A stretch of DNA of 61,239 nucleotides, the filler included. It is 7 parts of 7 records of this genome, joined end to end, with 100 filler letters (N's around TTAATTAATTAA, not from the genome) between each part and the next. Parts side by side here need not be neighbours in the genome. Positions count along the whole stretch, not along the records: positions 7,379 to 21,133 come from SRR31147125_76203; positions 21,234 to 27,391 come from SRR31147125_76231; positions 27,492 to 34,200 come from SRR31147125_76233; 4 more parts are not named here. The stretch is one strand, 5' to 3'. Below, piece after piece: positions 19,376-30,367 of this stretch (position 1 is its first letter; each line of letters begins with the position of its first letter). The notes beneath the pieces were generated by a model. The model was not told where the DNA came from. It saw only the letters and a list, made by a program, of their open reading frames with translations, and made no database searches. The position numbers and the translations under genes were made by a program.

Positions 19376-20260
19376 ATGACGAACACTGTATTCAAACTAT
19401 TGCTGATACTAACAATACTTTTCGCCTCTGGTGCGACAAAGGCGCAAGAGGTCGAATTGTTATTTTCACACAAGCTTCATGCCGAGGACGTGGAAGCGTC
19501 CTGTACAGATTGTCATGCTGCAGCAGATACAAGTAGCCTTTCTTCTCACAATCTTTTGCCAGATATGGATACATGTTATAACTGCCATGATATCGATGCA
19601 GAGTGCTCATTGTGTCATAAAGATCCGGATAATGCTGTAGCTTATCCACGAATAACAACCTATATTGCTGAATTTCCACATGTCAAACATGTTACCCAGG
19701 AAATGGAATGCAGTACTTGTCATGCTAATGTGGAAAAAAGTGACAATATATTCGATTCTCATTTACCGACAATGGGCTCATGCGTGACGTGTCACAGCGA
19801 TGTTGAAAAAGTCGAATATTGTTATGATTGCCATGCATCTCAGGAAGACTTGAAACCTGCAGATCATAAATTAGACTGGACCAAAGCACATGGGCCAGCC
19901 AGTCACATTGATGACATTAATTGCGAGATGTGCCATTCAGATAATCAATGCCTGGAATGTCACCAGCAGGACAACCTGGATCGTAAAGTCCACCCACTTA
20001 ATTTTCGCAATAATCACTCACTTTTTGCAAAAGGCAATAAAGATAATTGCTATACCTGTCATGAAGAACTCTCTTTTTGTGCTGACTGTCATCGTCAGGA
20101 ACTTGTTCTGCCTCGAAATCATTCCAGCGCAGGTTGGTCAAATTTAAGTAATGGCGGTGGCCATGCCCGTGCTGCAAAGCTTGATATGGACGATTGTCTA
20201 AGCTGCCATAACGATAGCAATGGTAAACCAATTTGTGCCGAGTGCCATCAGGCAAATTAA
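19376..20260 (+). CDS. periplasmic 12-heme cytochrome c (c3/c7-like repeats)
   Basis: Signal peptide, FSHKLH, 12 CxxCH counted, KPADH..W..H repeats. Confidence 0.88.
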   Translation: MTNTVFKLLLILTILFASGATKAQEVELLFSHKLHAEDVEASCTDCHAAADTSSLSSHNLLPDMDTCYNCHDIDAECSLCHKDPDNAVAYPRITTYIAEFPHVKHVTQEMECSTCHANVEKSDNIFDSHLPTMGSCVTCHSDVEKVEYCYDCHASQEDLKPADHKLDWTKAHGPASHIDDINCEMCHSDNQCLECHQQDNLDRKVHPLNFRNNHSLFAKGNKDNCYTCHEELSFCADCHRQELVLPRNHSSAGWSNLSNGGGHARAAKLDMDDCLSCHNDSNGKPICAECHQAN

Positions 20261-20315
20261 GTCACAATCATTTTCACAAAATGAAAACCAAAATTGATTT
20301 CAAAAGGAATTATTA

Positions 20316-21022
20316 ATGAGGACATATTTCATCTTTAGCGTTGCGCTAGCGATCGCTTCGACCTTTGGTATAGTTGCTCTGATGATAAATCGCCACTTCC
20401 TTCTGCGGCGCATCCTGAAAGCTGGTCACAAACCGAATCCCAGGAATTTCATGGGAAAAAGGTCCTGGCCGCAGGATTCTCATCTTGTACGAGTTGCCAT
20501 GGCACAGATTTCAGTGGCGGGGAAAGTCAGGTTTCGTGTTTCACCTGTCATCAATCATTCCCGCATCAGGATGCCTGGCTGGAAATTTCAAATCCTGATT
20601 TCCATGGTGAATTTATCCGTAACGACAGCTGGTCGATGGTTTCCTGTCAAAAATGTCACGGTAATGATTATCGGGGTGGCAGCTCTGAAGCTTCCTGCTA
20701 TACCTGCCATAAAGAGGCAGGTGGACCGCAAGCTTGTAATGTGTGCCATGGAAGCCAGGATAACTTTGCTCCTCCTGAAGACCTGGATAATAACGTCGCA
20801 ACAACAGCTTTAGGAGTTGGAGCTCACCAACTTCACCTCAGTTTGTTTAATGACTGCAGTATATGTCATACCGTTCCTTCAAATGTATCTGATGCGGGTC
20901 ATATCGACAATTCACCTCACGCGGAAGTAAAAGATTCATGGGATTGGGATCGGGACTCTGCAACATGTGCAAATGCGTGTCACTCAGATCCAAATAAAAC
21001 GTATATCTGGAATAACTTTTAA
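20316..21022 (+). CDS. 7-heme cytochrome c lipoprotein (frameshift near 20365)
   Basis: Restoring one T gives ...TFWYSC-SDDK lipobox, then CTSCH, CFTCH, CQKCH, CYTCH, CNVCH, CSICH and CANACH. Confidence 0.8.
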
Positions 21023-21051
21023 ACAGCTTACACAAAACATGTAATACTCTG

Positions 21052-21088
21052 GCTCGTTTCCCCGTCAATATGGAAACGAGCTTTTTTT
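21052..21088 (+). terminator. Rho-independent terminator ending the operon
   Basis: GCTCGTTTCC-loop-GGAAACGAGC-TTTTTTT. Confidence 0.9.
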
Positions 21089-21104
21089 ATACTTTATCAA
21101 ACGT

Positions 21105-21133
21105 ATCGAGTAGGCGGCAGGGTCACCCCTGAC
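21105..21133 (-). mobile_element. probable 3' end (domain VI) of a group II intron, truncated by the contig end
   Basis: Minus strand GTCAGGG-GTGA-CCCTGCCGCCTACTCGAT: GNRA-capped stem, branch-A context CCTAC and terminal AT. Confidence 0.55.
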
Positions 21134-21233
21134 NNNNNNNNNNNNNNNNNNNNNNNNNNNNNNNNNNNNNNNNNNNNTTAATTAATTAANNNNNNNNNNN
21201 NNNNNNNNNNNNNNNNNNNNNNNNNNNNNNNNN
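21134..21233. other. artificial contig spacer
   Basis: N-run/TTAATTAATTAA/N-run. Confidence 0.99.
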
Positions 21234-24200
21234 CCTGGAGCTACTCCTAAAGAAATGGATGAGGGAATTACTTCGTTGGTCGAAAATAGTATTCGAGGAA
21301 TTTCTGGAATAAAAGAATTCTCATCGCAATCGCGAGAAGGTTCTGCAAGTATAACCATTACTGCCTTGAATGGTTATGATATGGATGAGTTGTTAGCTGA
21401 GGTGAAAAATGCAGTTGATGGAATCTCTAATTTCCCTGCAGCTGCAGAACGTCCAATCGTTTCGAAACAGCGATCAAGGGATATGGCCATGTTTATGTCC
21501 TTAGTATCCGAGTCGAATGATATTTTGGAATTAAACCGAATGGCAAACCGCATTGAAGATGATTTGTTGTCTACAGGAAAAATTTCGCAAGTAAGTATTA
21601 TGGGGCTTCCAAGAAATTTGGAGCTTGCTGTAGAGCTTAATGAAACCCAAATGCGCAGGTATAATCTTACTTTTAATGATATAAAAACAGCCATTTCAAG
21701 TAATAATCTTGATATCTCGGGAGGAACAATTCGAAGCCCACGAGAACAAATCAAGGTTATTAGTCGCCAGCGTTCAATCGATCCGCAGGATATTAAACAG
21801 ATAGTAATAAAGGCGAATACTAATGGACAGCTATTGAAAATTGGAGATGTTGCAACAGTTAAGCTTCAAGGTCCCGAAGACCCAAGCAATGGGTATATTG
21901 ATAAAAAACCAGCGGTTACTTTTTTAGTTCAGAAGTTGGTGAGTGAAGATTTGGAAGCAATTTCTAATGAAGTAAATGAATATATAAATGATTTTAATGC
22001 CAAAAATGATGATTTCAGAATTGAAGTTAAGATGGACTTTCTGCAAATGATTGATGGACAACTTTCGATATTGATTAATAACGGATTGCTTGGGGTTTGT
22101 TTGGTCATTTTACTTCTGTCTTTACTTTTAAATATTCGTCTTTCTCTTTGGGTTGCCTGGGGTATTCCTGCATCATTTCTTGGAATGTTTATCGTTGCGA
22201 GTCTTACAGGGGTTACCATAAATTTGATTAGCCTTTTCGGGATGATACTGATAATAGGTATTCTGGTTGATGATGGCGTCGTAATTGGTGAGAATATTTT
22301 CACGCATTTTGAAATGGGAAAATCACCTCGGCGTGCAGCTATCGATGGAACTTTGGAAGTGCTGCCAGCAGTGTTTACTTCGGTAACTACAACTATTATT
22401 GCCTTTCTTCCTCTATTATTTATTGAAGGGCAGATGGAAATGATGTACGAAATGGCATTTGTTGTTATTATTTGTTTGCTGTTTTCCTTACTTGAAGGAA
22501 TGTTTGTTTTGCCAGGGCATTTGGCAAATCCAAAGGTTCTAAAACCACAAAATAATAAATCATTCTATGGAAAGCTTCGGGTTGCTGTTGATAGGCTAAT
22601 TTTTGGTTTCAGAGATAAAACATATGCACCTTTTCTAAATTGGATTTTAAAACACAAAGGGCTTTCATTGGCTATCGTTACTTCTATGTTTATTATCACT
22701 TTTGGACTTGTTGGTAGTGGGAAAATTGCATTTACTTTTTTCCCACAGGCTCCTTCGGATATGTTTTCAATTGATCTGGCACTTAAGCCAGGAATAAATG
22801 AAGAAATAACAAAAGAAAAGCTATTTTACATTGAAGATAAAGTATGGGAAGTAAATAAAGAGTTGATGGAAACGTATGGAGATACGGTTTCATATATTTC
22901 ATCACTCAATGTAAATATGGGCAGTGCGTTTAGTGGTGCAGAATCAGGAACAAATGCCGGTATGATCCGTGTCTTTCTAAACCCGCTGGATAAAACACAG
23001 GTGTCAGATGAGCTTCTGAAGCGGAAAATTTCTGAGAAAGTCGGAAAAATACCTGAAGCATATAAGTTTGCTGTTGGCGCTTCTAACCGTTTTGGAGCAC
23101 CCGTTTCAATTAGCTTATTGGGCTACGATCCTGATATTTTGGAGGAGGCAAAAAATGAATTGGAAGCTGAACTGGGAAAAATGCCTGCTCTCTTTAATAT
23201 CACCAATAATAGTCAGATTGGAAGTCAGGAATTAAGGCTTACGTTAAAGCCAGAAGCTTATGCGCTTGGAATAACCGAACAGTCGTTAATGTCAGAAGTT
23301 AGACAAGGGTTTTATGGAGCACTTGCCCAGCGTGTGCAGGAAGGGAAAGATGAAATTTGGGTTTATGTGCGTTATACGCGTGATAACCGACAGAATGTTG
23401 GGCAGTTGGAGAATATGTTGGTACATACCCAAAGTGGTAATTACCCATTAGGGAGAATAGCTGAAATTACAACTGCACGTAGCCTGAGTACGATTAATCA
23501 CTATAATGGTCGTCGCGAAATTAGGGTTGATGCTTATCAGAAAGACCAAAGCCAGTCGGTTCCAGATATGTTAGATTATATAGAAACTGAGATTCTGCCT
23601 GTAATCGTTAAGAATCATCCTGAAATTACATATATGCACCAGGGCAACAGAAGGATACCAATGAGCAAGTGGGCAGTATGATGCTTTATTTTGGTCTTGC
23701 TTTCCTTGTAATTGTATTAATAATAATGATCTATTTCAAATCGTTCCGACAGGGAATATTGGTGATTGCGATGATCCCACTTGGCTTTATTGGAGCTATT
23801 TGGGGGCATGGTATGCATGGGCAGCCTGTTTCAATGATGAGCCTTTGGGGCATGGTTGCCCTGTCGGGTGTAATTATTAATGATGCAATTGTCTTTATTG
23901 CGAAATACAACCAGAACCTAGAGAGAGGTATGAAGTTGCAGGAAGCTGTGAAAAATGCAGGGATATCTCGATTTAGGGCTATTTTTCTAACTACTGTTAC
24001 TACTACCGCAGGATTAATGCCTCTTATTCTTGAAAACAGCCCGGATGCAAGAATGCTAATTCCAATGGCAATTTCACTGGCTTATGGTATTTTGTTTGGT
24101 ACTGTTTTCATCCTGATTATTTTACCTGTTATGATTGTAATAACGAATAAAGCAACGGTTGCTATTCGGAGTATCAAATCAACAGATATAATTGTTCCAG

Positions 24201-24277
24201 AATCAGTAGAGACTGCTGTTATTAATGCGAATATTGAAGAAACACTAAGTCGGAATATGGCGAAGGAGTTTGAATAA
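21234..24277 (+). CDS. RND (AcrB/D/F family) efflux permease (5' truncated, frameshift near 23643)
   Basis: GILVDDGVVIGENI, GVIINDAIV and RFRAIFLTTVTT. ORFs 21255-23681 and 23669-24277 join as HQGQQKDTNEQ. Confidence 0.9.
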
Positions 24278-24316
24278 TATCTTTTTGCAGGGGCATATTC
24301 AACAATTAAAAAATAG

Positions 24317-25623
24317 ATGAAAATGAAAAACATAAAATATATATTACCACTGCTAACTCTTCTGATTTCAGTAAGTGTGCAGGCGCAACAAAATTTGTCG
24401 TTATCAGATGCTATATCATTTGCTCTTGAGAATAATTATGATCTTCAGATTATAAGAAAAAGTGAACAAATAGCGTCGATTAACAATAACTGGGGGAATA
24501 CTGGAATATTACCAGGTATAGATTTCAGCTTAAGTGGACGAGAGAACTTTAATATAAACGACAGTGAAAATTATCGAACACAAACAATCTCTCCTGGAGT
24601 ATCTTTAAATTGGGTTTTTTTAATGGCTATTCGGCAAAAATTAGTAAACAAAAATTTGAGGAACTAGAACAGAAATCACAAGGAAATACGGCTGTTTTGG
24701 TCGAAAGTACAATCCAGAATATTATTGTTGCCTACAATGCATGTATCTTACAAAAAGAAATATTGGCAGTTTACCAAGAACTGGCTGATTTATCAGAGGA
24801 TCGCTATAGAAGAGCAGAAGACAGTAAAGATATTGGAGCCAGTACAACCTACGAAATGCTTCAGGCCAAAACATCGTGGTTGGAAGATCAATCCAATTAT
24901 CTTCAACAAAAGGTAAATTACGAAAATACAATACGTGAACTCAATTATAATATGGCAGTTGAAGATGAGGCTATGTGGAATCTTACCTCTGCTTTGGAAA
25001 CAAACACTCCCGACTACTTATTGGATGAGCTATCGGCAAAGCTGTTGTCCAGCAATCAAACGCTAAAAAATCAGTACTTAAATCAGAGTTTATTAGCAAA
25101 GGAAATAGCTTTGGCAAAAAGTAATTATTACCCAACACTTAGTTTAAATACAGGTTTTGGAAATTCATGGATGGATAATTATTATTCGGGAAGCACACCA
25201 GACATGAGCCAGAGTTCGGCTGATGCATACATTGGCTTAAGTTTGTCGTTTAATATGTTCAATGGGGGAATTACACGGAGAAGTGTTAAAATAGCAGAGA
25301 TTAATCAAGAATCGGCACAAGTGCAGACAGATCAGATGACTCATAGTTTAAATAATCAGCTGTTGCAGATGTATAGCAATTACAATGTGCAAAAAGTAAT
25401 TTTTGAGCTGGCAGATGAAAAGGAGTCAACAGCAAAGCTAAACCTTGATTTGTCGGCCGAAAAACTAAAAAGCGGAGCTATCAATTCGTTTAATTACCGC
25501 GATGTTCAAATTATTTATATGAATGCTGCCATAGCCAAATTTCAGGCGATCTATAATCTAATAGAGTCGAACACTAATTTGTTACGCATTACAGGTGGAA
25601 TTATCAGCGAATATAATTTTTAA
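24317..25623 (+). CDS. TolC-family outer membrane efflux protein (frameshift in T-run near 24615-24621)
   Basis: LSLSDAISFALENN, AKSNYYPTLSL and FNGG motifs. Confidence 0.88.
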
Positions 25624-25672
25624 ATTATAGACCGGAGCAGTCTTTTTAGCTTTGGGTATGGGCATGAAGATG

Positions 25673-25699
25673 AGGGATATAAAGACTATATCCCTTTTT
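25673..25699 (+). terminator. terminator after TolC
   Basis: AGGGATATA-AAGAC-TATATCCCT-TTTT. Confidence 0.7.
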
Positions 25700-25725
25700 G
25701 CTATTTAAACGGGCTAATCAAATGA

Positions 25726-26238
25726 CTAGTAATCCATTTCCCATCGTTCACTCGGATCGCCAGGGTATGAAACTATTTTCTCTGAAAACTTAAATACTTT
25801 TGGCTGTACTAAACGATCAAAATCTTCATACTTTAATTGTATCATTTCAGTATGGGTGCCAGCGTTAAAGGCAATCTCTTCGTCTTCTGCTAACGATTCA
25901 GATACAAATACTTCCATGTTGTAAAGGTTGCCAAACGGAGGCATAGCTCCAACTTCACAATCGGGAAATAAGTAGTTGAACTCCTCTTCAGTTGCTAACT
26001 TTACATTGTTTGTTCCAAAAATTGATTCCAGAAGGTCAAAGTCAACTTGATATGATGCGGGAATAACAGCCATTGACATTTCCCCATTAATTATAATCAT
26101 TACAGTTTTCGCAAATTCTTTTCCTGGAAGATGAGCAGATGCAGCAATTTCCTGAGCAGTGAATGCGCTGGAATGATTTATAGTTACATACTTGACATCA
26201 TTTTTGTCAAGAAATTCTTTTAATTTTTTTATCGGCAT
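25726..26238 (-). CDS. YbaK/EbsC aminoacyl-tRNA deacylase family protein
   Basis: AFTAQEIAA, FAKTV, FPDCEVGAMPPFG and FNAGTH. Confidence 0.88.
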   Translation of the reverse strand: MPIKKLKEFLDKNDVKYVTINHSSAFTAQEIAASAHLPGKEFAKTVMIIINGEMSMAVIPASYQVDFDLLESIFGTNNVKLATEEEFNYLFPDCEVGAMPPFGNLYNMEVFVSESLAEDEEIAFNAGTHTEMIQLKYEDFDRLVQPKVFKFSEKIVSYPGDPSERWEMDY

Positions 26239-26416
26239 AACTATTCTTTTAAAAGATAAAAAACACAAAGTAACATTGTAAATTACAAGTAGAGAGTTAA
26301 GGTCCTGTAATTCATGTTTACTTTTTTTTATCTCAAATGTTTCGGAATAGCTGCCTAATAATTTTCAATTAGAATTTACTTGCTACTATATACTTACGGC
26401 TAACTAAAGAGTTCGT

Positions 26417-27386
26417 CTAAATTCCACTTCCGTCTGAATGATAGTTAAACAACATTTGCTTGTTGTTTTTACCTATATCATCCAAATTAAAAGGTGTTTT
26501 CTGATATACGTAATAGTTTAGCCAATTTGTAATAAGCAGGTTGGCAGCCGATCTCCATTTCATCAGTGGTTTTTTGTTTCGGATCATTTTCTGGATAGTA
26601 ATTTCTTGGTATTTCAATAGGAAGTCCTTTGTCGGCATCACGTTTATATTCATTGTTCAATGTATCTCTTGAATATTCAGAATGACCGGTAACAAATATT
26701 TGCCTTCCGTTTTTTGCCATAACCATATTCACCCCAGAATCCTTTGATTGTGATACAATGTCAAGTTCGTCAATTTTTAACACATCTTCAGCCCTTATTT
26801 CGGTATGTCGTGAATGGGGTACAAAGTATTCATCATCGAATCCTCTAAAAATTGGAAGTTTATGATCGGAAATTTGATGATTGAAAACTCCAAACATTTT
26901 TTTATTGAGTGGGTATTTTGGGATACCGTAAAAATGAAACAGGCTGGCTTGCGCTGCCCAGCAAATAAGAAGCGATGAAGTAACATTTTTGGTTGACCAA
27001 TCGAGTATTTCTTTCATCTCATTCCAATATGTAACCTTTTCAAAAGGAAGTTGCTCAACAGGTGCACCGGTAATAATCATTCCATCGTACTTGTTGTTGC
27101 TAATTTTATCGAAAGTCGTATAGAACCTCTCCATGTGTTCGGCTGAGGTGTTTTTATGCTCGTGTCCACGAATTTTAAGAAAGTCAATTTCAACCTGAAG
27201 GGGTGTGTTTGATAATAGTCGAAGCAAATCCGTTTCAGTTGATATCTTTAAAGGCATCAGGTTCAGGATTACGAGCTTTAGCGGACGAATGTCCTGATGA
27301 GTAGCACGTGTTTCATCAATAACAAAAATGTTTTCCTTTCGAAGTAACTCTATGGCTGGTAATTTATCAGGAATATTAAGAGGCAT
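26417..27386 (-). CDS. metA: MetA-family homoserine O-acyltransferase, probably acetyl-specific (frameshift near 26570)
   Basis: [28 protein letters not shown] and TGHSEY. C-terminal [19 protein letters not shown] lies in the alternate frame. The GAPVE Glu suggests acetyl-CoA use. Confidence 0.92.
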
Positions 27387-27391
27387 TTTTT

Positions 27392-27491
27392 NNNNNNNNN
27401 NNNNNNNNNNNNNNNNNNNNNNNNNNNNNNNNNNNTTAATTAATTAANNNNNNNNNNNNNNNNNNNNNNNNNNNNNNNNNNNNNNNNNNNN
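27392..27491. other. artificial contig spacer
   Basis: N-run/TTAATTAATTAA/N-run. Confidence 0.99.
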
Positions 27492-27778
27492 ATTAATTTG
27501 CTACTCGGCATGAGGCTCTGTCTGGTTGGGTGAGGATCAACAACAAGAAATATTAGATGTGATTCGTTCGTTACAAAAATTGAGTTCTGTTACAGGGAAA
27601 TATGGCTATCTTTGGCTTTGCAGAACGGCTAGAATGTCAGTCTTGAAATTTCTTATGTAATGAAAATGACAGAGGTGAAACGGGCGATTGGTTTTCGTGC
27701 TGTTGGCGAAAATCGAGGCTTGAAAATTGCATTCATTAGTGAGGGATTCTTTCTCATTGATTCTTAAAAGGATGAACG

Positions 27779-29934
27779 ATGCCTCTGAAGGAAAAAATCA
27801 AGAACACATTGGGAACACACGTCCTTTTTTCGGACGGGGAGAAGGCGAAGGTAACGAAGGAGCGCTGGGATGCAATCCTTCACTGTAAAGAAGAATTTCT
27901 GAATAATCGCACCCCGGATCCGAGCCAGTTCGCCTTCATGGATCAGGATGTGGCGGCCTCTTGGATACGCTCCAAAAAGCATGGAGTGAACCCTCATAAA
28001 GTTGTCACCCTTCCGGACGAGAATCGCTTGCAGGAAGTTCGCAAGCAGCATGAGCGTCTCATTACCATCACGACAAATACCCTTGGTCCGATGAAAAAGC
28101 AGATGGTCGATTGCGGTTATCTGTTCTACCTGTTTGATCGTTCCGGGCTGGTTCTTCTTCACGAAGGCGTGTGGAGTGAAGATCCTTTGATCTCATCGAC
28201 GGGATCCGTGTCGGCTTTCTCGTCAATGAAGAAGCACAAGGCACCATGGCCCATGATCTGTGCTTCCGGCACAAACGGCCGGTTCAACTTCTGGGTCCAG
28301 AGAACTACAACGTTCACCTGCAGAACCGAATTGCCTCAGCTGCTCCCATTATCGATACTGAAGACAATGTCAGGGCCGCTTTGGTCATTCTCAGTCCCCC
28401 TCTGGCTGACCCGGTCAGTGATGAACACATCAATCACCTCTATATGCACACCCTCGGTTTGATCTCCTCCATGGCAACGTCTATCGAGTCACAGCTTAAT
28501 CTTCAGAAGACCATGGACGATTACAGCGACGCCCAGGGGACATTGGATACGCTGGAGAAAGAGCTCGAAACCGCCAAAGAGAAGATGGTCAGTGTCCATA
28601 AGACCTTAACCGCATCATTTACCTTTATTGAAGAGGGCATGGTGGCCGTCGACAGTAAGGGAAACATTCTGCATATTAACAATGAAGCAATCCGTATCTT
28701 CAAGGTTCGACCGGAAGAGATCGGAAACCGTAATATCAAGGAGTTCCTGAGCCCGGAATCAGCTCTTATGAGCAAAGCGCGTAAGGGTGAAACCTTCACC
28801 ATTGAAGAGTGCGTCAAGATCGGCAATAAACGGCCAAGTGCTTACCGGATCAATGCCTGTCCAGTGATGAACCAGTACACTAAAAAACTGGACGTTGTCA
28901 TCCTAAAGTTCATCGATTGTACAAAGTTGAATATGCAGCTTAATAGCCGCTCAGGGCGCTTTGCCTCATACCAGTTCGATGACATCCTTGGGCAGAGTCT
29001 GGAGTTGAAGACGGCGGTTTCACAGGCCAAGCGCTTTTCTGAGTCTCCTGAAAATATCCTCCTGATTGGAGAAAGTGGTGTCGGCAAGGAGCTGTTCTCC
29101 CAGTCAATCCATAATAATTCCCGTTCCAAGGGTCCCTTCATGGCGGTTAACTGTGCAGCATTGCCACGCGAGCTGGTCGGAAGTGAACTGTTCGGTTACG
29201 AAGGAGGAAGCTTTACTGGAGCTGAGCGTTGTGGCAAAGCAGGTAAGATCGAGCTGGCCCATGGCGGAACCCTGTTCCTGGATGAGATAGGGGACATGCC
29301 CCTGGAGCAGCAGGCGATCCTGCTGCGTACCCTGCAGGACAAGCGCGTCATGCGCGTTGGCGGGAACACCTATAAAGAAGTCGACTTCCGCCTGATCGCT
29401 GCGACCAATAAAGACCTGATGAAGATGGTCGAAGAGAAGACCTTCCGCGAAGACCTTTACTATCGGATTTCTGTCCTGACAGTTTATATCCCGTCACTGC
29501 GAGAACGAACCCGAGATGTGAACTATCTCGCTCGGATTTTTATCGATGACTATTGTCGTCGCCATAACTGGGATATTCCAGAACTCTCAAAAGACGCCGA
29601 GAGGCTCCTGAACGCCTACCACTGGCCGGGCAATGTTCGCCAATTACAGAATGCCATTCGGCACGCGATCAACACGATGACTTCAGGATGTATTGAGGTT
29701 GAAAATCTGCCGCGCTATATCAGCATCGAAGATTGCGGCGAGACGGAAGGGCGCATTGCCAACTTTGGTCAATTCGGTCAGGATACGTTCAGTCTGAAAC
29801 AGATCGAGAAAGCGACCATAGAGGCCGCCTTGAAACGAGTGGACAACTGCATTCCTTCGGCCGCTGAACTGGTTGGCCTGAGCCGCTCAACCCTCTACAG
29901 GAAATTGAAGGAATATAATATCGACGTGTCTTAG
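27779..29934 (+). CDS. AcoR-type GAF-PAS sigma54-dependent activator (frameshift near 28185)
   Basis: VAASWIRS...GVNP GAF start, GESGVGKE, GSFTGA, WPGNVRQLQN and Fis HTH. Halves join as DPFDLIDGIRVGFLVNEEAQGTMA. Confidence 0.9.
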
Positions 29935-29962
29935 TGAACTGTTACAAGAGTAAATGAATATT

Positions 29963-30000
29963 AGGGCCGTTCCGAAGTGTTTCTTTTGAGCGGCCCTTTT
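29963..30000 (+). terminator. terminator after the activator gene
   Basis: AGGGCCGTTC-loop-GAGCGGCCCT-TTT. Confidence 0.7.
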
Positions 30001-30216
30001 CATTTGTTGTGTTGAACAGGCCAATTTACGCAGTGTTCTCTATCCCCGTTCTCAAAATGAAACCCACCCTCGCAAAAAAAGAGTTCTCTGGCTGTTTCTT
30101 TCTAGCCGGATAAGCCTTCCTTTCTGTTTTGAAATAGAAACGCAATTCTAGATATTTAGGCGATATTGTTGTTTTTTTTTGCCGGCTTTGCCCCAGAAAA
30201 TTAAGTTTTCTACCTG

Positions 30217-30233
30217 TTGGCACATATGTTGCG
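30217..30233 (+). promoter_or_regulatory. sigma54 -24/-12 promoter
   Basis: TTGGCACATATGTTGCG, a canonical GG-N10-GC, next to a sigma54 activator gene. Confidence 0.88.
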
Positions 30234-30367
30234 GAATGACGGTTTACGTTCATAAAACAACCGTATCCTTCTCAATTTGCGATCAACTCGGCGGGTCAAT
30301 ATGCGCTTGCTCTTGTTTTGTCGGGCGGATCTTTATTTGTAGAACCAGTGAGTAGAAGAGAGGACTT

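Noticed and set aside
20316-20813. 165-aa ORF as a separate protein overlapping the cytochrome
   Set aside because: Only its first ~16 codons are real. One added T joins them to the heme-bearing frame.
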